Shown here: in pieces, positions 18,696-26,585 of the stretch
Layout: each line of letters begins with the position of its first letter
Numbering within the stretch: the first letter of the stretch is position 1
Assembly (NCBI GenBank): GCA_018992685.1
Contig: JACVGT010000031.1
Location: 4,185 to 68,184, forward strand
Direction of reading: 5' to 3'
DNA: 64,000 bases
Source: Theionarchaea archaeon
GTDB taxonomy: Archaea > Methanobacteriota_B > Thermococci > Methanofastidiosales > SZ-28-30
Made by a program: the position numbers and the translations under genes
Notes under the pieces: model-generated
The model's database searches: none
The model's input: only the letters and a program-made list of their open reading frames with translations
Told to the model about the DNA's origin: nothing

Positions 18696-19139
18696 ATGAA
18701 TGTCGTGTGGGAACTTATCTTTATCTCAATGCTTCCCTGGATAGAGCTCAGGGGTGGCATTCCTGTTGGAATCAGCAAGGGTCTTGATCCTCTGGCTGTC
18801 TTTGCTGTCTGCACGGTGACAGATATTCTTATCATTCCGCTCATCCTGGTCTTCTTACGATATGCAGTCCCATTGGTCCTCAGGATAGAAAGGATAAATC
18901 GATTGTACCAATGGAACGTGGTGAGAACCTTGAAAAGATATGAGAAATACAGGAAATGGGAGGAATTGGGATTGGCTTTATTTGTTGCCATACCGTTACC
19001 TTTTACAGGGGTATACTCAGGTACGTTAGTATCGTACATTCTGGACTTCAAAAAGAGAGAAGCGGTTCTTTCCATATCGTGTGGCGCAATTTTGGCGGGA
19101 ATTTTGGTAACCGCTTTGAGTGTTGGCATCCTAGGATAA
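18696..19139 (+). CDS. small multidrug-export-like membrane protein (COG2426-like)
   Basis: LPWIELRGGIPVGISKGLDP... with 4 TM helices. Family recalled from memory. Confidence 0.6.
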   Translation: MNVVWELIFISMLPWIELRGGIPVGISKGLDPLAVFAVCTVTDILIIPLILVFLRYAVPLVLRIERINRLYQWNVVRTLKRYEKYRKWEELGLALFVAIPLPFTGVYSGTLVSYILDFKKREAVLSISCGAILAGILVTALSVGILG

Positions 19140-19168
19140 CTATATAAACTGGAAAAGGAGGTGGGTTT

Positions 19169-19711
19169 ATGCAAGCCCAAGTACACAAAGAAGATGATTC
19201 TAGTTATAGATCGGGAAAAGGATATTCCTTATCCGAAGTTGAAAAGAGCGGGATACGTGTCTCTCAAGTGAGAAAACTGGGGATATATGTAGACCCTCGC
19301 AGGCGGACTCTTCATGAATTCAATGTTCAGCAACTAATAGCATTAGTAGAAGAAAGGCAGAACCAGCTGAGAGAGGAAGCTGAGAAAGCACGCAGAGAAG
19401 AAGTAGAAATGAAAGAAGAAAAGGAATCCAGGAAGAAGGCCAAGAAAGAAGGAGAGAAAAAGAAGGAGAAAAGGGCAGAGAAGAAGAAGATCGAAAAGAA
19501 GGTAGAAGTCAAGAAAGAGAAAGCTCCTGAAGGTCCTCTTGATCTCACTGAAATAAAAGGTGTCGGGAAAAAGAGGGCAGAAACATTTCTCAAAGCAGGA
19601 ATTCAGACTGTAGAAGACCTGATTGCTGCTGACACTGGAGAACTGGCGGAAAAGACCCAGTTCACAGAGGATTACATCGAAACACTCAAAGAGAGGGCCA
19701 AGGAACTATGA
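19169..19711 (+). CDS. ribosomal protein L13e-like domain fused to a K/E-rich linker and helix-hairpin-helix
   Basis: GKGYSLSEVEKSGIRVSQVRKLGIYVDPRRRTLHEFNVQQL resembles eukaryotic/archaeal L13e (GRGFSLEEL..GI..ARTIGI.VD.RR.N.S.E.L..NVQRL). The C-terminus LTEIKGVGKKRAETFLKAGIQTVEDL is an HhH. SD GGAGGTGGG upstream. Confidence 0.65.
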   Translation: MQAQVHKEDDSSYRSGKGYSLSEVEKSGIRVSQVRKLGIYVDPRRRTLHEFNVQQLIALVEERQNQLREEAEKARREEVEMKEEKESRKKAKKEGEKKKEKRAEKKKIEKKVEVKKEKAPEGPLDLTEIKGVGKKRAETFLKAGIQTVEDLIAADTGELAEKTQFTEDYIETLKERAKEL

Positions 19712-20211
19712 GCCCAGAGGAAGCTCTCCTCCTCCTCAGAGATGTAGCGTGCCAGGATAACGTTGTGGAGCACTGTGTGGCTGTGGCTGCAACTGGGGTG
19801 GCTCTTGCCGAGAATGTGCAGCGTGACCACCCTGTTGACATCTCTCTGGTACAGACGGGAGGCCTCATCCACGATATTGGAAGAGCGCTCACCCATGGAA
19901 TTGATCATGGCGTGGTGGGTGCCCAGCTCCTGAGAGAACGTGGCATCAGTGGTCCACTCCAGCTGATCTGTGAGCGTCATGTATGCGCAGGAATTCCCAG
20001 TGAGGTGGCTGTGGAAATTGGGCTGCCTCCCAGAGACTTCATTCCTCGCACTCTGGAGGAAAAGATCGTGTGCCACGCAGATAACCTGACGAACCACACA
20101 TTCGAAGATCTTCAACAGAGCTGGCGGAATTTCTTCGGAGAGAAACATGGCGAAGTCATAGTACGCTATCTGAACAATCTCCACAGTGAGCTCACCCCGT
20201 ACCTTGTCTGA
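19708..20211 (+). CDS. HD/HDIG domain phosphohydrolase
   Basis: HCVAVA...GGLIHDIGRA...HGVVGAQLL...CERHVCAGI. ATGA overlap with the upstream gene. Confidence 0.8.
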   Translation: MSPEEALLLLRDVACQDNVVEHCVAVAATGVALAENVQRDHPVDISLVQTGGLIHDIGRALTHGIDHGVVGAQLLRERGISGPLQLICERHVCAGIPSEVAVEIGLPPRDFIPRTLEEKIVCHADNLTNHTFEDLQQSWRNFFGEKHGEVIVRYLNNLHSELTPYLV

Positions 20212-20262
20212 GACCTGAACTCGAATGCCAGGATATGTTGCAGCACTGTAGTTTTACAAACC

Positions 20263-20270
20263 CTTAAATA
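20263..20270 (+). promoter_or_regulatory. TATA-like box (CTTAAATA)
   Basis: It lies 30 nt upstream of ATG 20293, supporting that ATG over TTG 20284 as a leaderless start. Confidence 0.45.
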
Positions 20271-20292
20271 GATTCTTTCCCTCTTGGGGAGT

Positions 20293-20514
20293 ATGGTCAC
20301 TGCTTTTGTATTGTGTGGGGTCTCTCCAGGAACAGAACGTGCAGTCTTACAGAAACTGCAGAGAATCTCTCAAGAGGCCCACATCATCTACGGCCAGTAC
20401 GACCTGATTGCCAAAATCTCTGTGGATCGATGCGAAGATCTAGAAGCTTTTATAAGCAAGCTGCGAGACATTAAAGAAATCCAGAATACCCATACCTGGA
20501 TTACGATGGACTAG
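20293..20514 (+). CDS. stand-alone Lrp/AsnC ligand-binding (RAM-like) domain protein
   Basis: 73 aa. VTAFVLCGVSPGTERAVLQKLQRISQEAHIIYGQYDLIAKISVDRCEDLEAFISKLRDIKEIQNTHT shows a beta-alpha-beta-beta-alpha-beta pattern and has no HTH. Confidence 0.6.
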   Translation: MVTAFVLCGVSPGTERAVLQKLQRISQEAHIIYGQYDLIAKISVDRCEDLEAFISKLRDIKEIQNTHTWITMD

Positions 20515-20531
20515 ATAGACTAGGTGATATT

Positions 20532-20846
20532 GTGGAGTTTTGTCCTGAATGCGGCGGCCTTCTCTTGCCCAGAGAGGGGTTGCTTCAATGTCGCTGCGGA
20601 TACAGCAAAGAGATAGGAAAAGAGGAGAAGGAACGGTATGCTCTCAATGAAGAGCCGAAAGAAGCCCGAGAAATACCGGTTATAGAAGAGGAATTTCAGC
20701 AGATGCCTATAGCACGGGCGCAGTGCAGAAAGTGCGGCAATACGGAGGCATACTACTGGATGCTTCAAACAAGATCGGCTGATGAGCCTGCAACCAAGTT
20801 TTATCGGTGCACAAAGTGCAAGTACACGTGGAGAGAGTACGACTAG
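20532..20846 (+). CDS. tfs: transcription factor S (TFS / RpoM-like)
   Basis: N-terminal Zn ribbon CPECGG...CRCG. C-terminal TFIIS-type ribbon CRKCGNTEAYYWMLQTRSADEPATKFYRCTKCKYTW carries the acidic DE loop. GTG start after SD GGTGAT. Confidence 0.9.
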   Translation: MEFCPECGGLLLPREGLLQCRCGYSKEIGKEEKERYALNEEPKEAREIPVIEEEFQQMPIARAQCRKCGNTEAYYWMLQTRSADEPATKFYRCTKCKYTWREYD

Positions 20847-21449
20847 CTACTCACCAAACAGGCGCAGTATACTCATGGAAAGCCGGTGAACTTCCATTTC
20901 TTTCTCCAGGAGGCTCAGCTGTTTCACGGAGAGAGATGAGGGATCAAGAGGGATGATGAGGGTTGCATTGTTCAAGATGATCAGATCGTTAAGAGCCTGG
21001 AGAAATCGCAGTGTTGTCTCAAATCCATTGTGCATGATCAGGTATTCCAGTCCGTCCAGAAAAACAACAGCACATTCTCTATCCCTGATGAAATCTCTGA
21101 TGAGATGCGTTAGTTTGGCCAGGCTGTTGGGATCGATACTGTAGGGACTTTCTTCTCTGGATAGCCACAGAATGTCTACATCCTCAGGCATCTCGTTCTT
21201 CTGCATTTTATCAGGAAATGTGCGCGTGATAACCATCCCGCAGCCTTTTCTGCCTTCGCTCAGCTTGTGGAACAAGGATAATCCTCTAACGTATCCTTTT
21301 TCCTTGACAAGATATGAAATTCCCAGTTCCCATTCGGTGGCTTTAAGGCTCTTTGAGTACCTGAAGACATTGTAGAGGAGGATTACTACCGTGATCGCTG
21401 TCCCTACTGCAAGAATAGCCAAAACTGTAACCGCACCTGTACTTACCAT
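20847..21449 (-). CDS. DUF835 domain protein with N-terminal TM helix
   Basis: GCGMVITRTFPDKM...ILWLS...VVFLDGLEYLIMHNGFETTLRFLQALNDLI...LIIPLDPSSLS matches my recollection of DUF835 (RecA/KaiC-like fold without a P-loop). Confidence 0.65.
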   Translation of the reverse strand: MVSTGAVTVLAILAVGTAITVVILLYNVFRYSKSLKATEWELGISYLVKEKGYVRGLSLFHKLSEGRKGCGMVITRTFPDKMQKNEMPEDVDILWLSREESPYSIDPNSLAKLTHLIRDFIRDRECAVVFLDGLEYLIMHNGFETTLRFLQALNDLIILNNATLIIPLDPSSLSVKQLSLLEKEMEVHRLSMSILRLFGE

Positions 21450-21635
21450 GGTTCCTACCCTTCATCGGGTTTTACTCTCCCGCTTAAAAAGCTTTTGTAG
21501 AGATTGGGTAATCATCTAGATGATTTGTAGATTTTCCAATCGTGACATGCCCTTGGTTAGGGGGGAGCTGCCCAGCGGGACAGACAATGCCAAAATTTAT
21601 ATGGTCTTTCAGGTTAATCCTTGAAAGGTGAGTTC

Positions 21636-23030
21636 ATGTCCCTGAAACTATATAACACACTGACTAACCAGAAAGAGGAATTCAACCCCATTGAGAAGAA
21701 TAAGGTGAGGATGTATGTATGTGGCCCCACGGTGTATGACAAGTGTCACATAGGTCATGCTAGGTGTTATATTGCGTTTGACGTCATTCGAAGGTACCTG
21801 GAGTACTGTGGGCATGATGTCACCTTCGTGGAAAATTTTACAGATGTTGATGACAAGTTAATTAGGAAATCCAATGAGACAGGGGAAGACCCTTTTGAGA
21901 TTGCAGAGAGAAATATTGGGGATTACTTTCGGGACATGGATGCCCTGAATGTGAAGCGGGCAGACATGTACCCCAGGGCAACCCAGCATATACCTGACAT
22001 GATCGCCTTCATTGAGCGGTTGCTGGAAAAGGGCGATGCGTATGTGGCTGATGGGGATGTCTACTTTTCTGTGGAGAAGGTGGCAGACTACGGGAGGCTT
22101 TCGGGGGTCAATGTCGAACAGATGAAGGCGGGAGCCAGAATTGCCGTTGATGAGAAAAAGAGGGACCCCTTGGACTTTGCACTGTGGAAAAAGGCCAAGG
22201 AAGGCGAACCCAAGTGGGAAAGCCCCTGGGGAGAAGGAAGACCGGGGTGGCACATTGAGTGTTCTGCCATGTCTCTGAAGCACCTGGGAGAGACACTGGA
22301 CATTCATGGAGGAGGTCAGGACCTCATTTTTCCCCATCACGAGAATGAGATGGCTCAGTCTGAGGCGTGTTCAGGTAAACAGTTCGTGCGTTACTGGCTG
22401 CACAACGGATTTGTCACCATTCGAGAAGAGAAAATGTCCAAATCTCTGGGAAATATTGTTTCTGTGGAGGACCTGCTTCAGGAGTATTCTCCTGAAACGC
22501 TGAGATATTTCCTGGTGGCATCTTACTACAGGAAACCCATTGATTTTGATGAAGATGCTCTTGAAGAAGCGAAGAAGGCAGTTGCAAGGCTGTTGAATAC
22601 GGTGGACCTGGTGAAGGAAGCTAGGCAGGGGGACTTCACCGGTGAATCCTTGTCAACAGACCACTACCGGCAGCAATTCCAGGAAGCAATGAACGATGAT
22701 TTTAACACACCTGCTGCCCTGGCAGTGCTATTCGAACTGGCGAGAGATGTTAACAGGCGGATTGAAGAGAAGAATGTTGACAAAGAGTCACTTGAGAATG
22801 TACTGAATACGTTCATGGAACTGGGTGGTGACGTTTTAGGCCTGTTTTTCGAGGTCAAACATGAGGAATTTTCAGAGGAACTGCTTGAGATACTCATTTC
22901 CGTCAGGGAACAGGTTAGAAAAAAGAACCTGTGGGACATTTCGGATACCATAAGGGATCGTCTGAGAGAGATCGGAATTGCCTTGGAAGATACCCCTGAA
23001 GGCACCCGGTGGAAATTCGTTCGAGACTAG
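21636..23030 (+). CDS. cysS: cysteine--tRNA ligase
   Basis: MSLKLYNTLT start; HIGH-type motif CHIGHARCY; WHIECS; KMSKS motif in REEKMSKSLGN. ATG 21636 is preceded by AAAGGTGA. Confidence 0.95.
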   Translation: MSLKLYNTLTNQKEEFNPIEKNKVRMYVCGPTVYDKCHIGHARCYIAFDVIRRYLEYCGHDVTFVENFTDVDDKLIRKSNETGEDPFEIAERNIGDYFRDMDALNVKRADMYPRATQHIPDMIAFIERLLEKGDAYVADGDVYFSVEKVADYGRLSGVNVEQMKAGARIAVDEKKRDPLDFALWKKAKEGEPKWESPWGEGRPGWHIECSAMSLKHLGETLDIHGGGQDLIFPHHENEMAQSEACSGKQFVRYWLHNGFVTIREEKMSKSLGNIVSVEDLLQEYSPETLRYFLVASYYRKPIDFDEDALEEAKKAVARLLNTVDLVKEARQGDFTGESLSTDHYRQQFQEAMNDDFNTPAALAVLFELARDVNRRIEEKNVDKESLENVLNTFMELGGDVLGLFFEVKHEEFSEELLEILISVREQVRKKNLWDISDTIRDRLREIGIALEDTPEGTRWKFVRD

Positions 23031-23083
23031 TTGGAAGGGCGTTCTCTTAAGGAGAGGAGCCACTGAGTGTACCGTGAGAAAGG

Positions 23084-23091
23084 CTTATAAC
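23084..23091 (+). promoter_or_regulatory. TATA-like box (CTTATAAC) for tRNA-Cys
   Basis: It lies about 25-31 nt upstream of the mature tRNA 5' end (23115), with a purine-rich BRE-like GAGAAAGG just upstream. Confidence 0.4.
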
Positions 23092-23114
23092 GCAATTAGT
23101 CATAGAAGACAGAG

Positions 23115-23186
23115 GCCGGGGTCGCCTAGAGGCTATGGCCGCGGACTGCAGATCCGCTCACGTGAGTTCAAGTCTCACCCCCGGCT
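23115..23186 (+). tRNA. tRNA-Cys (GCA)
   Basis: Hand-folded cloverleaf: acceptor GCCGGGG/CCCCGGC; anticodon stem GCGGA/TCCGC with loop CTGCAGA (anticodon GCA, G37); T arm GTGAG-TTCAAGT-CTCAC; discriminator U73. 72 nt, no intron, no encoded CCA. Confidence 0.9.
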
Positions 23187-23377
23187 CTCATACGATGGCT
23201 TTTAAGCTCTCTTCACTTCTTAAGGATTTTAATGCAGTGGAGCTTTTGCAGGAAGCTTTGATCGTCTATAGAAAGCTTCACATGCCAGAAAATACTGTAA
23301 TATATGACGTTATCAATTGGTTCTTGTGGGGACTTAGAGGATGGTGCGTTGACTACTCTTTGCCCGGACTCCTCATG

Positions 23378-25105
23378 TTATCTGTGAAGAAAATCGCCTG
23401 GTCCTCGATCAACTCTCTTTCCCAGCAGGAGGACTAGAGGCAGCAAAGATGGGACAAACATGAGAAATCCTATGGATTGATTTCGTTTCTCCTCTGCAAT
23501 CTCTTGAAGTTTCCTATCAAGTTCCTTCGAACAAGTGGTGCAATAGTCCCAGTGATTTGAAGACATGATACATTTTCCTTCATGGTCATCAAGCCCAAGG
23601 ATATGGCCTATTTCGTGCGCTACAGTGAAAGACTTTCCAGTACTGCAGTATGCAACATTTGAACGTGGAAGCCGGAAGCCCAAACCATTGCCGCAGCACT
23701 CTTTCTCGTTGATTAGGACCACATACACATCTCCTTCGGGCACCTGCTCTCTGGACCTAAACCTAAGAAATTTCAGATGGTACCAGGTCTCCCAAATGAA
23801 CGGCGGGCAGCCAAGTGGACCCATGTCTGCTTCATCCCAGAATACTACATCTGGGTTCAGGAAGTTTTCAATATGGGAATACTCAAAAAAATGATCATAT
23901 TGAGTTCTTGCCTCATTCTCGTAGCTTTCATGATTCCCATCCCAGCCACCAGGAACAAATACGATCCTGAATCTAGTTCTCTCGCTTACTCTACATCGCA
24001 TATTGAGATAGATGGTTGTGTCTTCTTCACAACTGAGAAAGACAGTTTCTTCGACAGTTTCACAGCCATATTTCTTTAATTGGATTGTATGCTTTCCAGC
24101 GGGTAATGGAACTCCACAAATTCCATCAGAAGTAGTCGAACTTGCTCGATCTGCAGGTCCTCCACTTTCTGTAAGTCTATATTCGCCGTCAACATACAAG
24201 TCATATTCATATATATTGCAATGAATCCACAGAAGCGTGTTTTCGCATTCTTTTTTGCTACAGTCACAATCTGAATCATCACAATCAATCTTGCCATCAC
24301 CATCATCATCTCTTCCATTGTTGCAGTCCTCGTTTGGAACGACATCAGGACATCCATCACCATCTTGATAACCATCGTAATTTTCCTTTTCATGAGGGCA
24401 GTCGTCGTAGCAATCTTTTATTCCATCGGAGTCAGAGTCTCTCCTGCAAGGATCGCAATCTGAGTGCTGCCTACAATCTGAATCATCACAATCAATCTTG
24501 CCATCACCATCATCATCTCTTCCATTGTTGCAGTCTTCATAACAATCCATTGTCACATGAATCGTTGTTGAATGTCCACATTCTATTCTAGCAGTCTTTG
24601 TTATGGTATCGCACCCGTCCTTCTTCAGTTTCACCGAATATGTTCCTGCCTCCAGTTTTATCCCACATTCTCCGTCACCATCTTCAGTGAGTTCATAGTT
24701 GCCATCTATGTAGAGTTCATAACCTGCGATATTGCATTTGACAATGAGCCACTCTTCGCATTCTTCTGGAGAACCACACTCAGCGCATGAGCTGATATAA
24801 TATGCTTCTTTGGCATCCCACATAACTCGTACTTCACCTCCAGATTCGCATCGTACAGACATCCACTTTGGATTTATGAATTTCATGTAATAACCCAGGT
24901 AGCTCTCCGGGGGATCATCCAGGTAGACAATCCCTCCCTCACATAACTCCATGGGAACGAATTGGCAACCCTCTACATTGTCCCAATAACTATATACAAA
25001 ACCACAGAGAGTTTCTTCTCCGAGCGAAACATTACTTGTCATTCCAGAAAGAAGACTAAGGGCAAAGATGCCCATCACTACCACATATCTTTTCATCATA
25101 ACCAT
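23378..25105 (-). CDS. secreted multidomain zinc metallopeptidase (archaemetzincin-like motif) with PEGA-like and Asp/Cys-rich repeats
   Basis: Signal peptide MKRYVVVMGIFALSLLSG. Two PEGA-like modules (CNIAGYELYIDGNYEL...; CNIYEYDLYVDGEYRL...). Two identical DCNNGRDDDGDGKIDCDDSDC repeats. An Asp-rich Ca-binding-like stretch. HEIGHILGLDDHEGKCIM...CTTC near the C-terminus. Terminal hydrophobic anchor IGFLMFVPSLLPLVLLLGKR. Confidence 0.7.
   Translation of the reverse strand: MVMMKRYVVVMGIFALSLLSGMTSNVSLGEETLCGFVYSYWDNVEGCQFVPMELCEGGIVYLDDPPESYLGYYMKFINPKWMSVRCESGGEVRVMWDAKEAYYISSCAECGSPEECEEWLIVKCNIAGYELYIDGNYELTEDGDGECGIKLEAGTYSVKLKKDGCDTITKTARIECGHSTTIHVTMDCYEDCNNGRDDDGDGKIDCDDSDCRQHSDCDPCRRDSDSDGIKDCYDDCPHEKENYDGYQDGDGCPDVVPNEDCNNGRDDDGDGKIDCDDSDCDCSKKECENTLLWIHCNIYEYDLYVDGEYRLTESGGPADRASSTTSDGICGVPLPAGKHTIQLKKYGCETVEETVFLSCEEDTTIYLNMRCRVSERTRFRIVFVPGGWDGNHESYENEARTQYDHFFEYSHIENFLNPDVVFWDEADMGPLGCPPFIWETWYHLKFLRFRSREQVPEGDVYVVLINEKECCGNGLGFRLPRSNVAYCSTGKSFTVAHEIGHILGLDDHEGKCIMSSNHWDYCTTCSKELDRKLQEIAEEKRNQSIGFLMFVPSLLPLVLLLGKRVDRGPGDFLHR
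24266..24328. repeat. 63-bp perfect direct repeat, copy 1 (inside the peptidase CDS)
   Basis: acaatctgaatcatcacaatcaatcttgccatcaccatcatcatctcttccattgttgcagtc is identical to 24473..24535. Confidence 0.9.
24473..24535. repeat. 63-bp perfect direct repeat, copy 2
   Basis: Identical to 24266..24328, offset by 207 bp (in frame). It encodes DCNNGRDDDGDGKIDCDDSDC. Confidence 0.9.
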
Positions 25106-25554
25106 CTCATTCAGGTCTCCTTATCATCCTTAATAAGTTTTTCGTGGATTCAGAGCAGCAAATCAAGACAACATTCTCCATTTGCTCACTGTCAATTCTT
25201 GAGTCAATCCCCATCATGGGTCATTGCGGACTCAGATACTGACTGAAATAGACGAAAAGCTCAATCATTCAATTGGAAAAGAGAAGATCACTGATACCTG
25301 TGTAATATCAAGGAAGAAGAAGTGATTCAACACAGAAAACTTCCTTATGAAGACAGAGTCTTCTTGGATTCTCTTTGTTTCCATGGTTTTTTGATCTTCG
25401 TATCTACTCTCTCTCAGAAAGTGCAGGAACCTTGGTCCTTGAGCTGCTTCTACCGTTTATTGTTCATTTAATGATTGAAATCCAGTCGGCAAGCGTTTCA
25501 ATGAGTGGGAAAAGAACCCTACCAGGAAAGAGTGGCCTGGATAAGAAGAGTTAC

Positions 25555-25562
25555 TTTTTTAT
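25555..25562 (+). promoter_or_regulatory. TATA-like box (TTTTTTAT)
   Basis: It lies 31 nt upstream of ATG 25586. Confidence 0.4.
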
Positions 25563-25585
25563 TGTTACGTGTATTTACTCGGTCG

Positions 25586-26497
25586 ATGAAACTCCGTATC
25601 GAAGACGTGGTGGAACGGTGTAATCGCACATTTGTCCACATCGGTGGAGACTTCGTGCTCATAGAGGATTCTCCCATTCAGTGTCCATTCCTGCGAATTG
25701 GGTCCTGGCAGGGGGCATGGGTTGCTCTCTATTTGAGGAAATTACAGTTTGGACAGTTCACTGATGACAGACAGGTCAGAGACAGACAAAAGTACGTTCC
25801 ATTCGGAGCCACTGAAATTATAACGGAGGCCCTGAGAGCAGGAATCCTGGATGCTTGTGTGCTGGTGTGTGATGGAGCAGGAACTGTCATTACTACAGAC
25901 CCTGAGATCGTACAGGGAATAGGGGGCCGGATGAGCGGCCTCGTGTATACCACCCCTCGGCAGAGCGTGATCCGAAGACTCCATGATGAAGGTGCCATTG
26001 TGGTGGATCCGGTGAAAGCCAGCATAAATCCAGTGCAGGGAGCAAAAAGGGCATCCGAGATCTACAGGAGAATCGCAGTGACCACCACTGCAAACTCTTC
26101 TATCGAAGAACTGGAAAACCTCCCAGGCGTTGTGACCTTTGTGGTTCACACCACAGGCATCACCCCGGAACAGGCTTCATATGCAAAAAAATCGGACATC
26201 GTCTGGGGATGTGCCTCCAAGTATGTCCGCAAAGTGGTGGGAAGGAATGCTGTGCTCCAGCTGGGGGTAGGAATACCCGTTTTCGTGCTTTCTGAGAAAG
26301 GGTTATCCGTGATCCAGCCTCAAATAACTACTTTATCCCATGAAACAGGTACACTATTAGATCAGAACAGGGAAGCCATTCTCTTGGGCTCCCCTCATGT
26401 TATTTACCACAGAAGGACGTTCCAAGGGACATCACTGACAATAGAAAAGGCAGTATTGCCTGTTTTGCGCCATGCAGGTCCTCATCCCCTGCTCTAG
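25586..26497 (+). CDS. DUF2099 / methanogenesis-marker-protein-8-like protein
   Basis: FGATEIITEALRAGILDACVLVCDGAGTVITTDPEIVQGIGGRMSGLVYTTP...VVHTTGITPEQA...CASKYVRK matches my recollection of the mmp8/DUF2099 family. Start moved to ATG 25586 (MKLRIEDVVERC). Confidence 0.55.
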   Translation: MKLRIEDVVERCNRTFVHIGGDFVLIEDSPIQCPFLRIGSWQGAWVALYLRKLQFGQFTDDRQVRDRQKYVPFGATEIITEALRAGILDACVLVCDGAGTVITTDPEIVQGIGGRMSGLVYTTPRQSVIRRLHDEGAIVVDPVKASINPVQGAKRASEIYRRIAVTTTANSSIEELENLPGVVTFVVHTTGITPEQASYAKKSDIVWGCASKYVRKVVGRNAVLQLGVGIPVFVLSEKGLSVIQPQITTLSHETGTLLDQNREAILLGSPHVIYHRRTFQGTSLTIEKAVLPVLRHAGPHPLL

Positions 26498-26556
26498 GGT
26501 AACCACATCACAATAATATCCATGGAGGATGAAGGTGGGGCTGTGATTGAGCAATC

Positions 26557-26564
26557 TTTTTATA
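26557..26564 (+). promoter_or_regulatory. TATA-like box (TTTTTATA)
   Basis: It lies 29 nt upstream of ATG 26586. Confidence 0.4.
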
Positions 26565-26585
26565 CACAGGCCCCTTCACCATAAT

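Noticed and set aside
19380-19530. A purine-rich low-complexity DNA stretch (GAA/AAG repeats)
   Set aside because: It is explained by the Lys/Glu-rich linker of the L13e-HhH protein. It is not an independent repeat element.
24266-24535. The 63-bp perfect repeats considered as a mini CRISPR array or mobile-element termini
   Set aside because: There are only two copies. They are in frame inside a CDS and encode a repeated protein motif. No cas or transposase genes are nearby.
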